Notes under the pieces: model-generated
Seen by the model: only the letters and a program-made list of their open reading frames with translations
Told to the model about the DNA's origin: nothing
The model's database searches: none
In this document: positions 28,291 to 36,878 of the stretch, in pieces
Layout: every line of letters starts with the position of its first letter
Position numbering within the stretch: the first letter of the stretch is position 1
Source: an uncultured Thermoplasmata archaeon
GTDB lineage: Archaea > Thermoplasmatota > Thermoplasmata > Halarchaeoplasmatales > Halarchaeoplasmataceae
Assembly (NCBI GenBank): GCA_964462425.1
Contig: CAYWYD010000004.1
Coordinates: 12,173 to 76,172 of the forward strand
Length of the DNA stretch: 64,000 bases
Direction of reading: 5' to 3'
Position numbers and translations under genes: made by a program

Positions 28291-30915
28291 TCAATCCTCC
28301 AGTTCCTTTTTCAACTTCCAAAGCTCGTTCATCGCATCCATAGGCGTCATATTCTCCACGTCGGTCTTCTTCAACCTCTCTATCACGGGATGTGAATCCG
28401 TGCTCGTTTCCGTTTCTTTCTCTTCCTCAACGTCGAAGACCATCTGTTTTAGCTGGGGACCTCCCCGCTCTTTCATCTCTATCGTGTGGTCCTCTTCGAT
28501 CTGTTTCAAAACTTCGCCGGACCTTTCCACCACGGGCTCGGGCAGACCGGCGAGAGAAGCGACGTGGACACCATAACTTTCGTCGGTACTCCCATCTCTG
28601 ACCTTTCGCAGAAAAGTGATGCCGTCTCCCGTGTCTTTGGCAGCGACATGCAAATTTTTTACGCTGTCCAGCGATCTTTCCAGCTCCGTTATCTCGTGAT
28701 AGTGTGTGGCGAACAGCGTTTTAGCTTTGATCTCCGTGCTTATGTATTCAGTTACGGCCCACGCTATACTGAGGCCATCGAAGGTACTCGTGCCGCTCCC
28801 GATCTCATCCAGCAGTATAAGGCTGTTCTTAGATGCGTTGTGTAAAATATTTGCGAGTTCGACCATCTCCACCATGAAAGTGGAACGACCCTTGGTCAGA
28901 TCGTCTAAGGCTCCCACCCTGGTAAATATCCTATCCACCACTCCTATAGTAGCTTCCTCCGCTGGAACGAAGCAGCCGACCTGGGCCATGAGAGTTATAA
29001 GGGCAACCTGTCTCATATACGTTGATTTGCCGGACATGTTAGGGCCGGTTATGATAAGAAAGCGGTTATTGACATCGTCGAGATACGCGTTGTTGGGAAC
29101 AAAATTTTCCTGGATAGTGTTCTCGACGACAGGATGTCGTCCCTCTTTTATGTCTATCTTTCCGCCGGGGAAGACCTCCGGTCTGTTGTAATTATATCTG
29201 ATCGCCATATGAGCGAATGTCGCCAGGACATCCAATTCGGCGATAGCTTCCGAAGTCTGTTGGAACCTGTCTGCCTCCTCGCCGACCTTTCCCCTCACCT
29301 TTTTGAAAAGTTCGTATTCATAGGCCTCCATCTTCTCTTCCGAGCTTATTATCTCTTCTTCCTTCTCCTTCAATTCTTCTGTATAATACCTCTCGGCGTT
29401 CTTCAAGGTCTGCTTTCTAGAGTAGTTCTCCGGCACATTGTCCGTCTTGCTTTTCGGCACTTCTAGATAATAACCGTGTACCTTGTTGTATCCCACTTTC
29501 AGTTTATCTATGCCGGTCCTTTCTCTCTCCCTCTCTTCCAGTGAATTTATCCATTCCTTCCCCTCCTTCGCCTTTCTTTTCAGCTCGTCTAGTTCTTCAT
29601 CGAATCCATCCTTTATTATCCCGCCCTCTTTGATCGTAGCGGGTGGATCCTCCACTATAGCGGAGTCGATCTTCTCTCTTATGTCTGTAAGGGAATCTAT
29701 CCTTTCCTCCACCTCTCCAAGTTTGCTTTTTTCCTCTTCATTCTCTTCTTCCGATATATTCTCTTTCAGCATCTCCTTCACGGGCTTTATCTTCGAGAGA
29801 GCGTCTTCTATCGCCAGGAGATCTCTCGCGTCGGCGTTGCCGTAGACCACTCTACTGATCAATCTTTCCAGGTCGTAAAGGCCGTCGAGTTCGTCTCTAA
29901 GATCGTCACGAAGGAAAATGCTTTCATTCAACACCTCTACAGCATCAAGCCTTCTCTCTATCCGGTCGACGTCGAGCAGAGGCTGCTGAAGCCAATTTCT
30001 CATCTTCCTGGAACCCATCGCCGTAACGGTATCATCGAGTATATTCAGCAAAGTGCCTTCCTTGCTCCTGTCTCTTAAGCTTCTGAATATCTCGAGGTTT
30101 TTCAAGGTGGTGGCGTCGAGCGTCATGTACCGGTCGGGAGAGTAGAAACGTAAACGTCTGATGTTGTCCATAGCTCTTTTCTGAGTCTCTTTGAGATAGT
30201 CGAGAGCCGCGCCAGCGGCCTTCACCGCGTCGTCCTTACCTTCCAATCCAAGTGGAGACAAAGAATCGGTGCCAAAGTGATCTAGAAGATTATCTTTAGC
30301 GGTGTAAAACGCTTCACTTTTATGGGTGTGGATCATCATCTCGTGTTCTTGTTCAAGTTCAGATAGGAAATCCTCGTCTTCGTACTTTGACTTCGGTAGT
30401 ATACACTCGGTCGGCTCGTACCTTAGAAGTTCAGATAACATATCACTCTTATCTTCAACTTCGGTCACGAAAAAGTCACCGGTAGAAACGTCTACGGCCG
30501 CTATTCCGTACTTTTCTTCACCGTGGATACACATCAAAAAGTTGTTTCTAGCCCCTTCTATCATCCCCTCGTCTATCACGGTCCCCGGAGTGACCACTCT
30601 CATCACCTCTCTATCCACTATCCCGGTCGTTTCACTTGGATCTTGAGTCTGCTCGGCTATCGCCACGGTATAACCATTGTTGATCAACCGCTGTAGGTAG
30701 CTCTCTACGGAATGATAGGGGACTCCCGCCATAGGTATCGGATCGTCTTCATCCTTATCTCTCGTGGTCAAAGTTATATCTAATTCATCGGAAGCCGTTT
30801 CTGCATCCTCCTCGAACATCTCGTAGAAGTCGCCCATCCTGAAGAATACGATGGAATCGGGATAGTTGTCTTTTATCTCATAATACTGCTTCATCATCGG
30901 CGTGGGGTCGCTCAA
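28291..30915 (-). CDS. mutS: DNA mismatch repair protein MutS (bacterial MutS1 type)
   Basis: N-terminal mismatch-binding TPMMKQYYEIK..GDFYEMF, Walker A ITGPNMSGKSTYMRQV, and ...LLDEIGSGTSTFDG... . Confidence 0.9.
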   Translation of the reverse strand: MSDPTPMMKQYYEIKDNYPDSIVFFRMGDFYEMFEEDAETASDELDITLTTRDKDEDDPIPMAGVPYHSVESYLQRLINNGYTVAIAEQTQDPSETTGIVDREVMRVVTPGTVIDEGMIEGARNNFLMCIHGEEKYGIAAVDVSTGDFFVTEVEDKSDMLSELLRYEPTECILPKSKYEDEDFLSELEQEHEMMIHTHKSEAFYTAKDNLLDHFGTDSLSPLGLEGKDDAVKAAGAALDYLKETQKRAMDNIRRLRFYSPDRYMTLDATTLKNLEIFRSLRDRSKEGTLLNILDDTVTAMGSRKMRNWLQQPLLDVDRIERRLDAVEVLNESIFLRDDLRDELDGLYDLERLISRVVYGNADARDLLAIEDALSKIKPVKEMLKENISEEENEEEKSKLGEVEERIDSLTDIREKIDSAIVEDPPATIKEGGIIKDGFDEELDELKRKAKEGKEWINSLEERERERTGIDKLKVGYNKVHGYYLEVPKSKTDNVPENYSRKQTLKNAERYYTEELKEKEEEIISSEEKMEAYEYELFKKVRGKVGEEADRFQQTSEAIAELDVLATFAHMAIRYNYNRPEVFPGGKIDIKEGRHPVVENTIQENFVPNNAYLDDVNNRFLIITGPNMSGKSTYMRQVALITLMAQVGCFVPAEEATIGVVDRIFTRVGALDDLTKGRSTFMVEMVELANILHNASKNSLILLDEIGSGTSTFDGLSIAWAVTEYISTEIKAKTLFATHYHEITELERSLDSVKNLHVAAKDTGDGITFLRKVRDGSTDESYGVHVASLAGLPEPVVERSGEVLKQIEEDHTIEMKERGGPQLKQMVFDVEEEKETETSTDSHPVIERLKKTDVENMTPMDAMNELWKLKKELED

Positions 30916-30976
30916 GTCTTCTTACCTCCGGGATCTTGAAACTTCTACTATCACTATCGAGCGATTGTAGAGGAAG

Positions 30977-31774
30977 TTATAAACTTTTTTTGAAGTTTCG
31001 ATCTTCTCTCAGTTCATAGATCTTGGTCTTCACGTCCTCTATGACCTGAGAATACGGGACCACTTTCGGTATTAATTTCTCTATGTCTCTCAGATACTCT
31101 TCTTTAGACGGGTACGAATCCCAAGAGAAATCATCCTCAAGGTCATATCCCTCTAAAAGGGTCTCCAATTTCTTCTCGAACAATTCAGGAGAAACTGTTA
31201 TACCACTCGTCAAAAGATACCAAACATCGTACAGGTCTCTACCTTTAGACCTTGTGAACATAGTGAGGATCTTCTCAACGAGGAGCTCATCTTCATCCAT
31301 GACCTGAACTAGAAATTTCTTCCTAGTCTCAGGATATTCAGAATCTATCAATGTCCATCGTGGTTCCCGCAATGTTCCACCTCTTTCTCCCGCATCAAGT
31401 CTGAATTTATTCTGTGTCTGGTTCGTTCCCTCATATAGGGGGCCGTGAAACCATATTTCACTAGTATAAGCTTTTTCAAACAGCTCTTCCTTGATGAAAC
31501 CGTTTTCGATACCGATCTTTTCAAATCCCATGAGGATGTTTTCCACTTCCTCTTTGAACTGCTCAGGAGCTATTGTCAAATTGAGATCTATATCCTCACT
31601 GAATCGATCTGTTCCGTAGAGATATCTAAGACTGGTTCCTCCTTTGAAAACAGCGCTGTCGTATCTCCTGTAGTAATTGAACAAAAATAACTTTATCAGA
31701 TAATCTTTCTCCTGCTGGTAAAGGTGAAGTGATGTTTTCTTGCTGACATCTTTCAACTTGTCTCGCGATATCAT
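30977..31774 (-). CDS. AbiEii/DUF1814-like nucleotidyltransferase (putative type IV toxin)
   Basis: N-terminal FKGGTSLRYLYGTDRFSEDIDLNL matches the GS and DxD motifs of the AbiEii Pol-beta-like nucleotidyltransferase. 4-bp overlap with the upstream gene. Confidence 0.65.
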   Translation of the reverse strand: MISRDKLKDVSKKTSLHLYQQEKDYLIKLFLFNYYRRYDSAVFKGGTSLRYLYGTDRFSEDIDLNLTIAPEQFKEEVENILMGFEKIGIENGFIKEELFEKAYTSEIWFHGPLYEGTNQTQNKFRLDAGERGGTLREPRWTLIDSEYPETRKKFLVQVMDEDELLVEKILTMFTRSKGRDLYDVWYLLTSGITVSPELFEKKLETLLEGYDLEDDFSWDSYPSKEEYLRDIEKLIPKVVPYSQVIEDVKTKIYELREDRNFKKSL

Positions 31775-32556
31775 AAAAAGTCCTCAATATCTCTATTTAT
31801 CTTTATCTTCCAATCGCTGTTATGAGCTTCTACAGGGCCTCCATTAGGATCCAACAGGATAAAGCTCTTTGATCTATTTTCCTTCAGCTTGTTGATCAGT
31901 TCCTCATCAACTAAACCGAGCCTCTCTAAAAGAAAACCCATCCGAGAGACCAACGATTTATTACCAAATCTGATTATATATTCCCCAAATGTATCTATAT
32001 CCAGCCCATCATATCCGTTTTTCAAGCATTTTATATATTCTTCCAGACCTCCACATCTGTCCGGAATGAACAAGGAATCCACCAAAGCCTTTTCTTCATC
32101 GGCTATTATCACACCATCCCGATCATCATATCCAAAAAATCTTTCTGGCTTAAAGGTCGATATCTCCACCTTTTTCTCTCTTACTTTCATATCATGGAAC
32201 TGCTTAGTCGAGACTAACTGTATAAGATTGACCTGCTGTTCAGTAAACCCGTGATATGATAGTGCGTTCCAAAAACTGATGTAAGATGGCTTCACAGCGT
32301 CAGTCATAACCTCGAATATCCTATCGAAGAGATTTTCCTCGAGTGTATAGGTGTCCTTTTTTATCCTGACGATATGTCCTTTTTTATTCAGAGTCGAAAG
32401 CGTATTGTGGATACGAGTTGTTTTCCAACCGGACAAGGCCTTTATTTCTTCTACACCGAAGATGAGAAGATCCTCGGACCTTATAGATTCTACCACATAT
32501 GCTTCGTTCTCGGATAAGGAGCTATAATTTATACCCGGATTTTGTTGTTTATCCAT
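31771..32556 (-). CDS. AbiEi-like putative antitoxin / wHTH transcriptional regulator
   Basis: N-terminal winged-helix-like region (...EEIKALSGWKTTRIHNTLSTLNKKGHIVRIKKDTYTL) and its position immediately upstream of the AbiEii-like gene. Confidence 0.5.
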   Translation of the reverse strand: MDKQQNPGINYSSLSENEAYVVESIRSEDLLIFGVEEIKALSGWKTTRIHNTLSTLNKKGHIVRIKKDTYTLEENLFDRIFEVMTDAVKPSYISFWNALSYHGFTEQQVNLIQLVSTKQFHDMKVREKKVEISTFKPERFFGYDDRDGVIIADEEKALVDSLFIPDRCGGLEEYIKCLKNGYDGLDIDTFGEYIIRFGNKSLVSRMGFLLERLGLVDEELINKLKENRSKSFILLDPNGGPVEAHNSDWKIKINRDIEDFL

Positions 32557-32635
32557 TATTTGAGCATATGCTTTATAGTAAATATCATTTTTGGTTGGAT
32601 GTTTTTAAAATATCCAATATTTCCTCCTTCCCGTG

Positions 32636-34237
32636 TCAAGTGAACTTTTCCAATGAACTCTGTTCTCTAACTTCCTGGTCCATCAGTTCATCCAAAACCT
32701 TTTCCGGATCCTCGCTACTCTCCAATTTTTCTTTCAACCTGTAGACGTGGTCGAACATCTTCATCTCAGCATCTTTACTTTTCCAGTAAAAAGCCTCGTC
32801 CTTGGTATCTTGAGTTATCAGGATGTAGACTTCGCCAGGCCTGTTATCTCTCCCGGTCCTTCCTTTCCTCTGTATCGAACGGATCGCCGAGGGAACGGGC
32901 TCATAAAAGATGACGAGTTCCGTCGCCGGTATATCGAGACCCTCTTCGCCTATTCTCGTACAGATAAGAACGTTGTACTCGCCCTCTTTATACTTTTCAA
33001 GCGTCTCTTTCTGCTCGGCCTGGCTCATCCCCTCGTCATGTTTCTTGTCCGCCTGCCCCACCAGAGACGTTGGTCTTATACCTTCTAGATGATCCAACTC
33101 TTCCAATAGGTGATCGACGGTGTCACGATACTGAGCGAACACCATGGCTCTTCCGTCACCCACTTCGTCTCTCAATATCCTCTTGACCTCGGTCAACTTT
33201 GGATTCACTTCCACGGGCATGGCTTTCAGGTCCAGCAATTCTTCACTCAAACGATCGAATTCTTTTTTCTTTTTCACATACTTGGAAGAGCGATCATCGT
33301 CCTCTTTCAGTTGAAGTAGATATCTATAGGCGGCGTCTATCCCCTGGGTCATAAGTAACTCTTTCAGATGTGTCACTTTGATAGATGCGGAAGTGAGTGA
33401 GAGAGCGTGAAAGAGATATCCTTTGTTCCCTTTTCCGCTTTTGACACGTTTTTGGAGGTCCTCTTGTACCTCTATCAAGGCGGTTTTCCCCACGTTTTCA
33501 GCGTTCATATTCCTCGCACGCTGTGAATAATCGCTTAGATCGTTAAGGAACTCTTCAAGCATGGAGTTCAACCACTCCTCCATCTTCGCTATCTCGTCGG
33601 GCTTCTCTATCTCGATCCACTCGAAGTATTTATCGGAAACATAGGGCTTTACGTCCTCATCGTCTTCCGTCCTCACTTCTATAGATTCAATTCCAAGGTT
33701 GTAACAGACCTCGATCAGTTTTTCGTAGGAGCCGCCTGGGGAGGCGGTAAGCCCCAGGTACTGCATCTCGTTTTTACAGGCCTTAGCTATCTCCGCATAA
33801 GCGTAATCTCCCACCGCTCTGTGTACCTCGTCGAAGACGATCAGCCCGAACTTCGACCGCGGTATCAGATGAAGATCGTTGTTGACGGTCTGAGGGGTAG
33901 CGATAAAGACTTGATGATCTTTTTCCCACAGTTCCTCCCTATCCTTTCGATCGTAGAGTTCTCCGGTTATCAAGATGAAATCCTCGTCCTCGAGTAAAGT
34001 GTTCTCAGCAAGAAAGTCGAGATGCTGCTGGCACAATGGCTTCGTAGGAGCCATCATCAGGACATTTTCATCCCTCTCTACGAAATCACAGATGAGATAG
34101 AGAGCTATAGCTGTTTTTCCAAGACCAGTAGGCAGCACTACCAAAGAATCTTCATCATAGATCTCGCTGAAGATGTTGAGCTGGTATTCTCTCTCTTCGA
34201 TCAGATCTTCATCGATCGGAGAAGGTATCTCGACCAT
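32636..34237 (-). CDS. hef: Hef/FANCM-type SF2 DEAH-box helicase (no ERCC4 nuclease domain evident)
   Basis: Motif I LPTGLGKTAIAL, Ia MMAPTKPLCQQH, II DEVHRAV, VI QRKGRTGR. The start is taken at the internal MVEIPSP; the ORF track extends to 34303. Confidence 0.75.
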   Translation of the reverse strand: MVEIPSPIDEDLIEEREYQLNIFSEIYDEDSLVVLPTGLGKTAIALYLICDFVERDENVLMMAPTKPLCQQHLDFLAENTLLEDEDFILITGELYDRKDREELWEKDHQVFIATPQTVNNDLHLIPRSKFGLIVFDEVHRAVGDYAYAEIAKACKNEMQYLGLTASPGGSYEKLIEVCYNLGIESIEVRTEDDEDVKPYVSDKYFEWIEIEKPDEIAKMEEWLNSMLEEFLNDLSDYSQRARNMNAENVGKTALIEVQEDLQKRVKSGKGNKGYLFHALSLTSASIKVTHLKELLMTQGIDAAYRYLLQLKEDDDRSSKYVKKKKEFDRLSEELLDLKAMPVEVNPKLTEVKRILRDEVGDGRAMVFAQYRDTVDHLLEELDHLEGIRPTSLVGQADKKHDEGMSQAEQKETLEKYKEGEYNVLICTRIGEEGLDIPATELVIFYEPVPSAIRSIQRKGRTGRDNRPGEVYILITQDTKDEAFYWKSKDAEMKMFDHVYRLKEKLESSEDPEKVLDELMDQEVREQSSLEKFT

Positions 34238-34381
34238 CGCTGTTTGAATAACTTTAGAACGGTATAAATCTTTACCCGAGTGCAACAAAAGTGATAGATT
34301 CAATCCGTTTTGATAGAATTAGTGATAGAATTGTACTTCACCCTTATATATCCCGAAGAAGGATGAATTAAACGTGATAAT

Positions 34382-35950
34382 ATGAAAGCAAAAATGAAGA
34401 AAGCTATGTCTATGTTGATAGCGAGCGTCTTGATCCTATCGTTTGTTACAGTGGTAACCGGGACGACTAGTGCTATCGGGGAGAAAGGCTGGAGTATAAC
34501 TATCGATCACGATGAGCCTACAGATATGTTCGAAGGTGGAAATCATACCGATTTCGTCTTTGAGAACGAAGACGGAAGAGAAGATGCCCGTTTTGGAGTT
34601 ATATGGGGAACTGAAGAAAACCCGAATTCGATCATAATGACCACCAACCAGAAGAGATACCTGGGCAGAGTCTCAGTAGAAGGCGAGGCTAAACAAGGGT
34701 CTGATTCCGAGGAAATAGACGAAGAACGCTTCATCAAGATCGGTTCTATGTTCGGTGTAAAGATAGGCAATATCTACGAATACGAAACACTAGAAAACGA
34801 GAGCGTCGCGCCTTTCACGGTTGATCAAAGCGGTGAAGTCGATTCTAGTCTTGGCGCCTTCAAATATGTGAATCTCAGAGAAGCTACCTGGGAACCTAGT
34901 GAGGTCGAGGAGATAGATGGAGACGGATCCACTACAAACTGGAAGATGAGTCTGACCGCCGAGGATTTACCCTATGAACCTATAGCAAGCGAAGAACTCG
35001 ATCCGGAGTTCGAAGATGAAAAGTTAGATCAGATCAAATTCACCTTCCATCTAAGCGCGACGATAGAAGAACGAGAGGATGTCGAGATCCCCCAGTTTTC
35101 GGCCGAAGTAGAAAGTCAATGGTCTCGTGGCGATCATAATTCTGATAATAAATACGGCGGCCATAGACTGCAGCACATGGAAAGAAAGGGAACACAGAAC
35201 GGAACTGCTCTCGTAGGTAGTTACGACATAAAATGGGACAAGGAGATAAAAGGCTGGGACTTCGACCCTGAAAATGAGAATCCCTCTTTGCTCCTAGGAT
35301 TCCAAAATTTCTTTGGAAACCGTATAAAGGACATGGAACAGTGGCACAAGGAGTTCATGCACCAGAGCGGTGAAAATGTACGGATGGAAACTAGAGATAG
35401 CCAGGAGGGTGAATTCAGAGCCGAATTTGCCGTAGAGCAGAAGTTCCAAGAGCGAAAACTAATCCGGAACCGGATCGAATACGGTGGAGATTGGTCTCGG
35501 GCCGGTATGTTCAGCTGGGTCTCGAATGTAACGGTCGATGGAGAACAAAAAGAGGCGACGGCTCAGTTATTCGGTGGCGCTCCTTGGATGTATCCGTTCG
35601 GCGTACGAATGAACGAGTCGGGACTGCCCGACTTCGAGATGCCGGAATACATGGGCTTCATGAGCTGGGGCGGTCTGAATTATCCCGGTGGAGAAGAGAT
35701 TTTCCACGACCCCGCATTATCTGGCGAGGCATATCTAGACATGAGTGTCGAAGAGGAACCGGACAGCCTGTTCGGAAGATTGAAAGGGAATCTCACTACG
35801 GTGCTCTCATTCATCCTGGTAGGGGCAGCGATAGTGATAGTCATAGGAGCGGCCCTTTACAGGAGAAAGGATAAAGGATCAGCAAGAAAAGAGAGAAACG
35901 ATAGGGAGAACGAAGAAGACTGGTCGGAATACTATGACAGGAACCGGTAA
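34382..35950 (+). CDS. secreted, C-terminally membrane-anchored protein of unknown function
   Basis: N-terminal signal peptide MKAKMKKAMSMLIASVLILSFVTVVTGTTSA. C-terminal TM LTTVLSFILVGAAIVIVIGAALY followed by a charged tail. Confidence 0.65.
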   Translation: MKAKMKKAMSMLIASVLILSFVTVVTGTTSAIGEKGWSITIDHDEPTDMFEGGNHTDFVFENEDGREDARFGVIWGTEENPNSIIMTTNQKRYLGRVSVEGEAKQGSDSEEIDEERFIKIGSMFGVKIGNIYEYETLENESVAPFTVDQSGEVDSSLGAFKYVNLREATWEPSEVEEIDGDGSTTNWKMSLTAEDLPYEPIASEELDPEFEDEKLDQIKFTFHLSATIEEREDVEIPQFSAEVESQWSRGDHNSDNKYGGHRLQHMERKGTQNGTALVGSYDIKWDKEIKGWDFDPENENPSLLLGFQNFFGNRIKDMEQWHKEFMHQSGENVRMETRDSQEGEFRAEFAVEQKFQERKLIRNRIEYGGDWSRAGMFSWVSNVTVDGEQKEATAQLFGGAPWMYPFGVRMNESGLPDFEMPEYMGFMSWGGLNYPGGEEIFHDPALSGEAYLDMSVEEEPDSLFGRLKGNLTTVLSFILVGAAIVIVIGAALYRRKDKGSARKERNDRENEEDWSEYYDRNR

Positions 35951-36028
35951 AAGTTGATATCTAAAACCCCTTTCCCTTTTTATATATATATCACAACTAG
36001 TTATCTGAGAAGATTGCTTACCATCATT

Positions 36029-36556
36029 TCACACTGAAAAGTCTTCCCAAGCATCGACGAAATTTTCCACTACATCTTCAGGGGGACTATATTCTAAAAG
36101 TAAGTGCGATATATGTTGTTTATCCACGACCTCATATGAACGTCCATCCTTCTTTAATACATCTTTTTTTTCGAGTTTTTTAAGATGATAAGAAAGAGTC
36201 GAAGCGGGTAGGTCCAACTCATCACTTATCTCCTTATGTCTTGCTTCTCCTCCGTTATTTAACAGGTATAGTACTATACCTAAAGGTTTCTCCTTCCTTA
36301 ACAAGCCTAACAGCCTCTTCTCCCTAGGGTTCAGTCGCTCACCTCTAGGATATTCATTCGGGTAATATCTCTTATAGCCTTCTTCCTCGAGCTTATTTAC
36401 AGCTTTCATCTCCTCGAGCTTTTGAAGATGATATTTGACTAGATTTAGATCCCTCTCCGTTTTTCTTCCTATCGCTTTCATGTTGAGGCCGGGATATTTT
36501 TTGATGACCTTAAAAATCTCTTTTCTAGTCTCCAGCTCCAGCTCAGGTTCTCCCAT
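36029..36556 (-). CDS. transcriptional regulator with two tandem winged-helix HTH domains
   Basis: Two repeats of an HTH pattern (IFKVIKKYPGLNMKAIGRKTERDLNLVKYHLQKLEE...; LGIVLYLLNNGGEARHKEISDELDLPASTLSYHLKKLEKKDVL). Last gene of the minus-strand surface-protein array. Confidence 0.65.
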   Translation of the reverse strand: MGEPELELETRKEIFKVIKKYPGLNMKAIGRKTERDLNLVKYHLQKLEEMKAVNKLEEEGYKRYYPNEYPRGERLNPREKRLLGLLRKEKPLGIVLYLLNNGGEARHKEISDELDLPASTLSYHLKKLEKKDVLKKDGRSYEVVDKQHISHLLLEYSPPEDVVENFVDAWEDFSV

Positions 36557-36560
36557 GTAT

Positions 36561-36839
36561 CTACCTCTTGAGAGAAGTCAGATAGAACAGGCTAAGGATT
36601 ATATTATCGAGCACCAATACGGGAAGCCAGAAGGAAAAATCTACCTCGATGGGATTTATATAGGAATTATAGGAAAGCCAAACACCCTTGATGAAGAATG
36701 ATAAAAAAGCAAACATTATGAAAAGAAATTTACTGTTTCTGGTTCTCCTGTATCCGATGATGGCTATGATCGTTAAAGCTAATGAAAGAACAGTCATTAT
36801 CCCTAAAACCGCATTGTAAGCTATTTCGACATTTGTCAT
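36561..36839 (-). CDS. small membrane protein (92 aa, 3 TM)
   Basis: Hydrophobic helices. Start codon 4 bp after the stop of... correction: its stop is 4 bp upstream of the regulator start codon, on the same strand. Confidence 0.45.
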   Translation of the reverse strand: MTNVEIAYNAVLGIMTVLSLALTIIAIIGYRRTRNSKFLFIMFAFLSFFIKGVWLSYNSYINPIEVDFSFWLPVLVLDNIILSLFYLTSLKR

Positions 36840-36878
36840 TTTGATTCACCGATAAATAAGAAAAGAAAAGGGGTTTTA

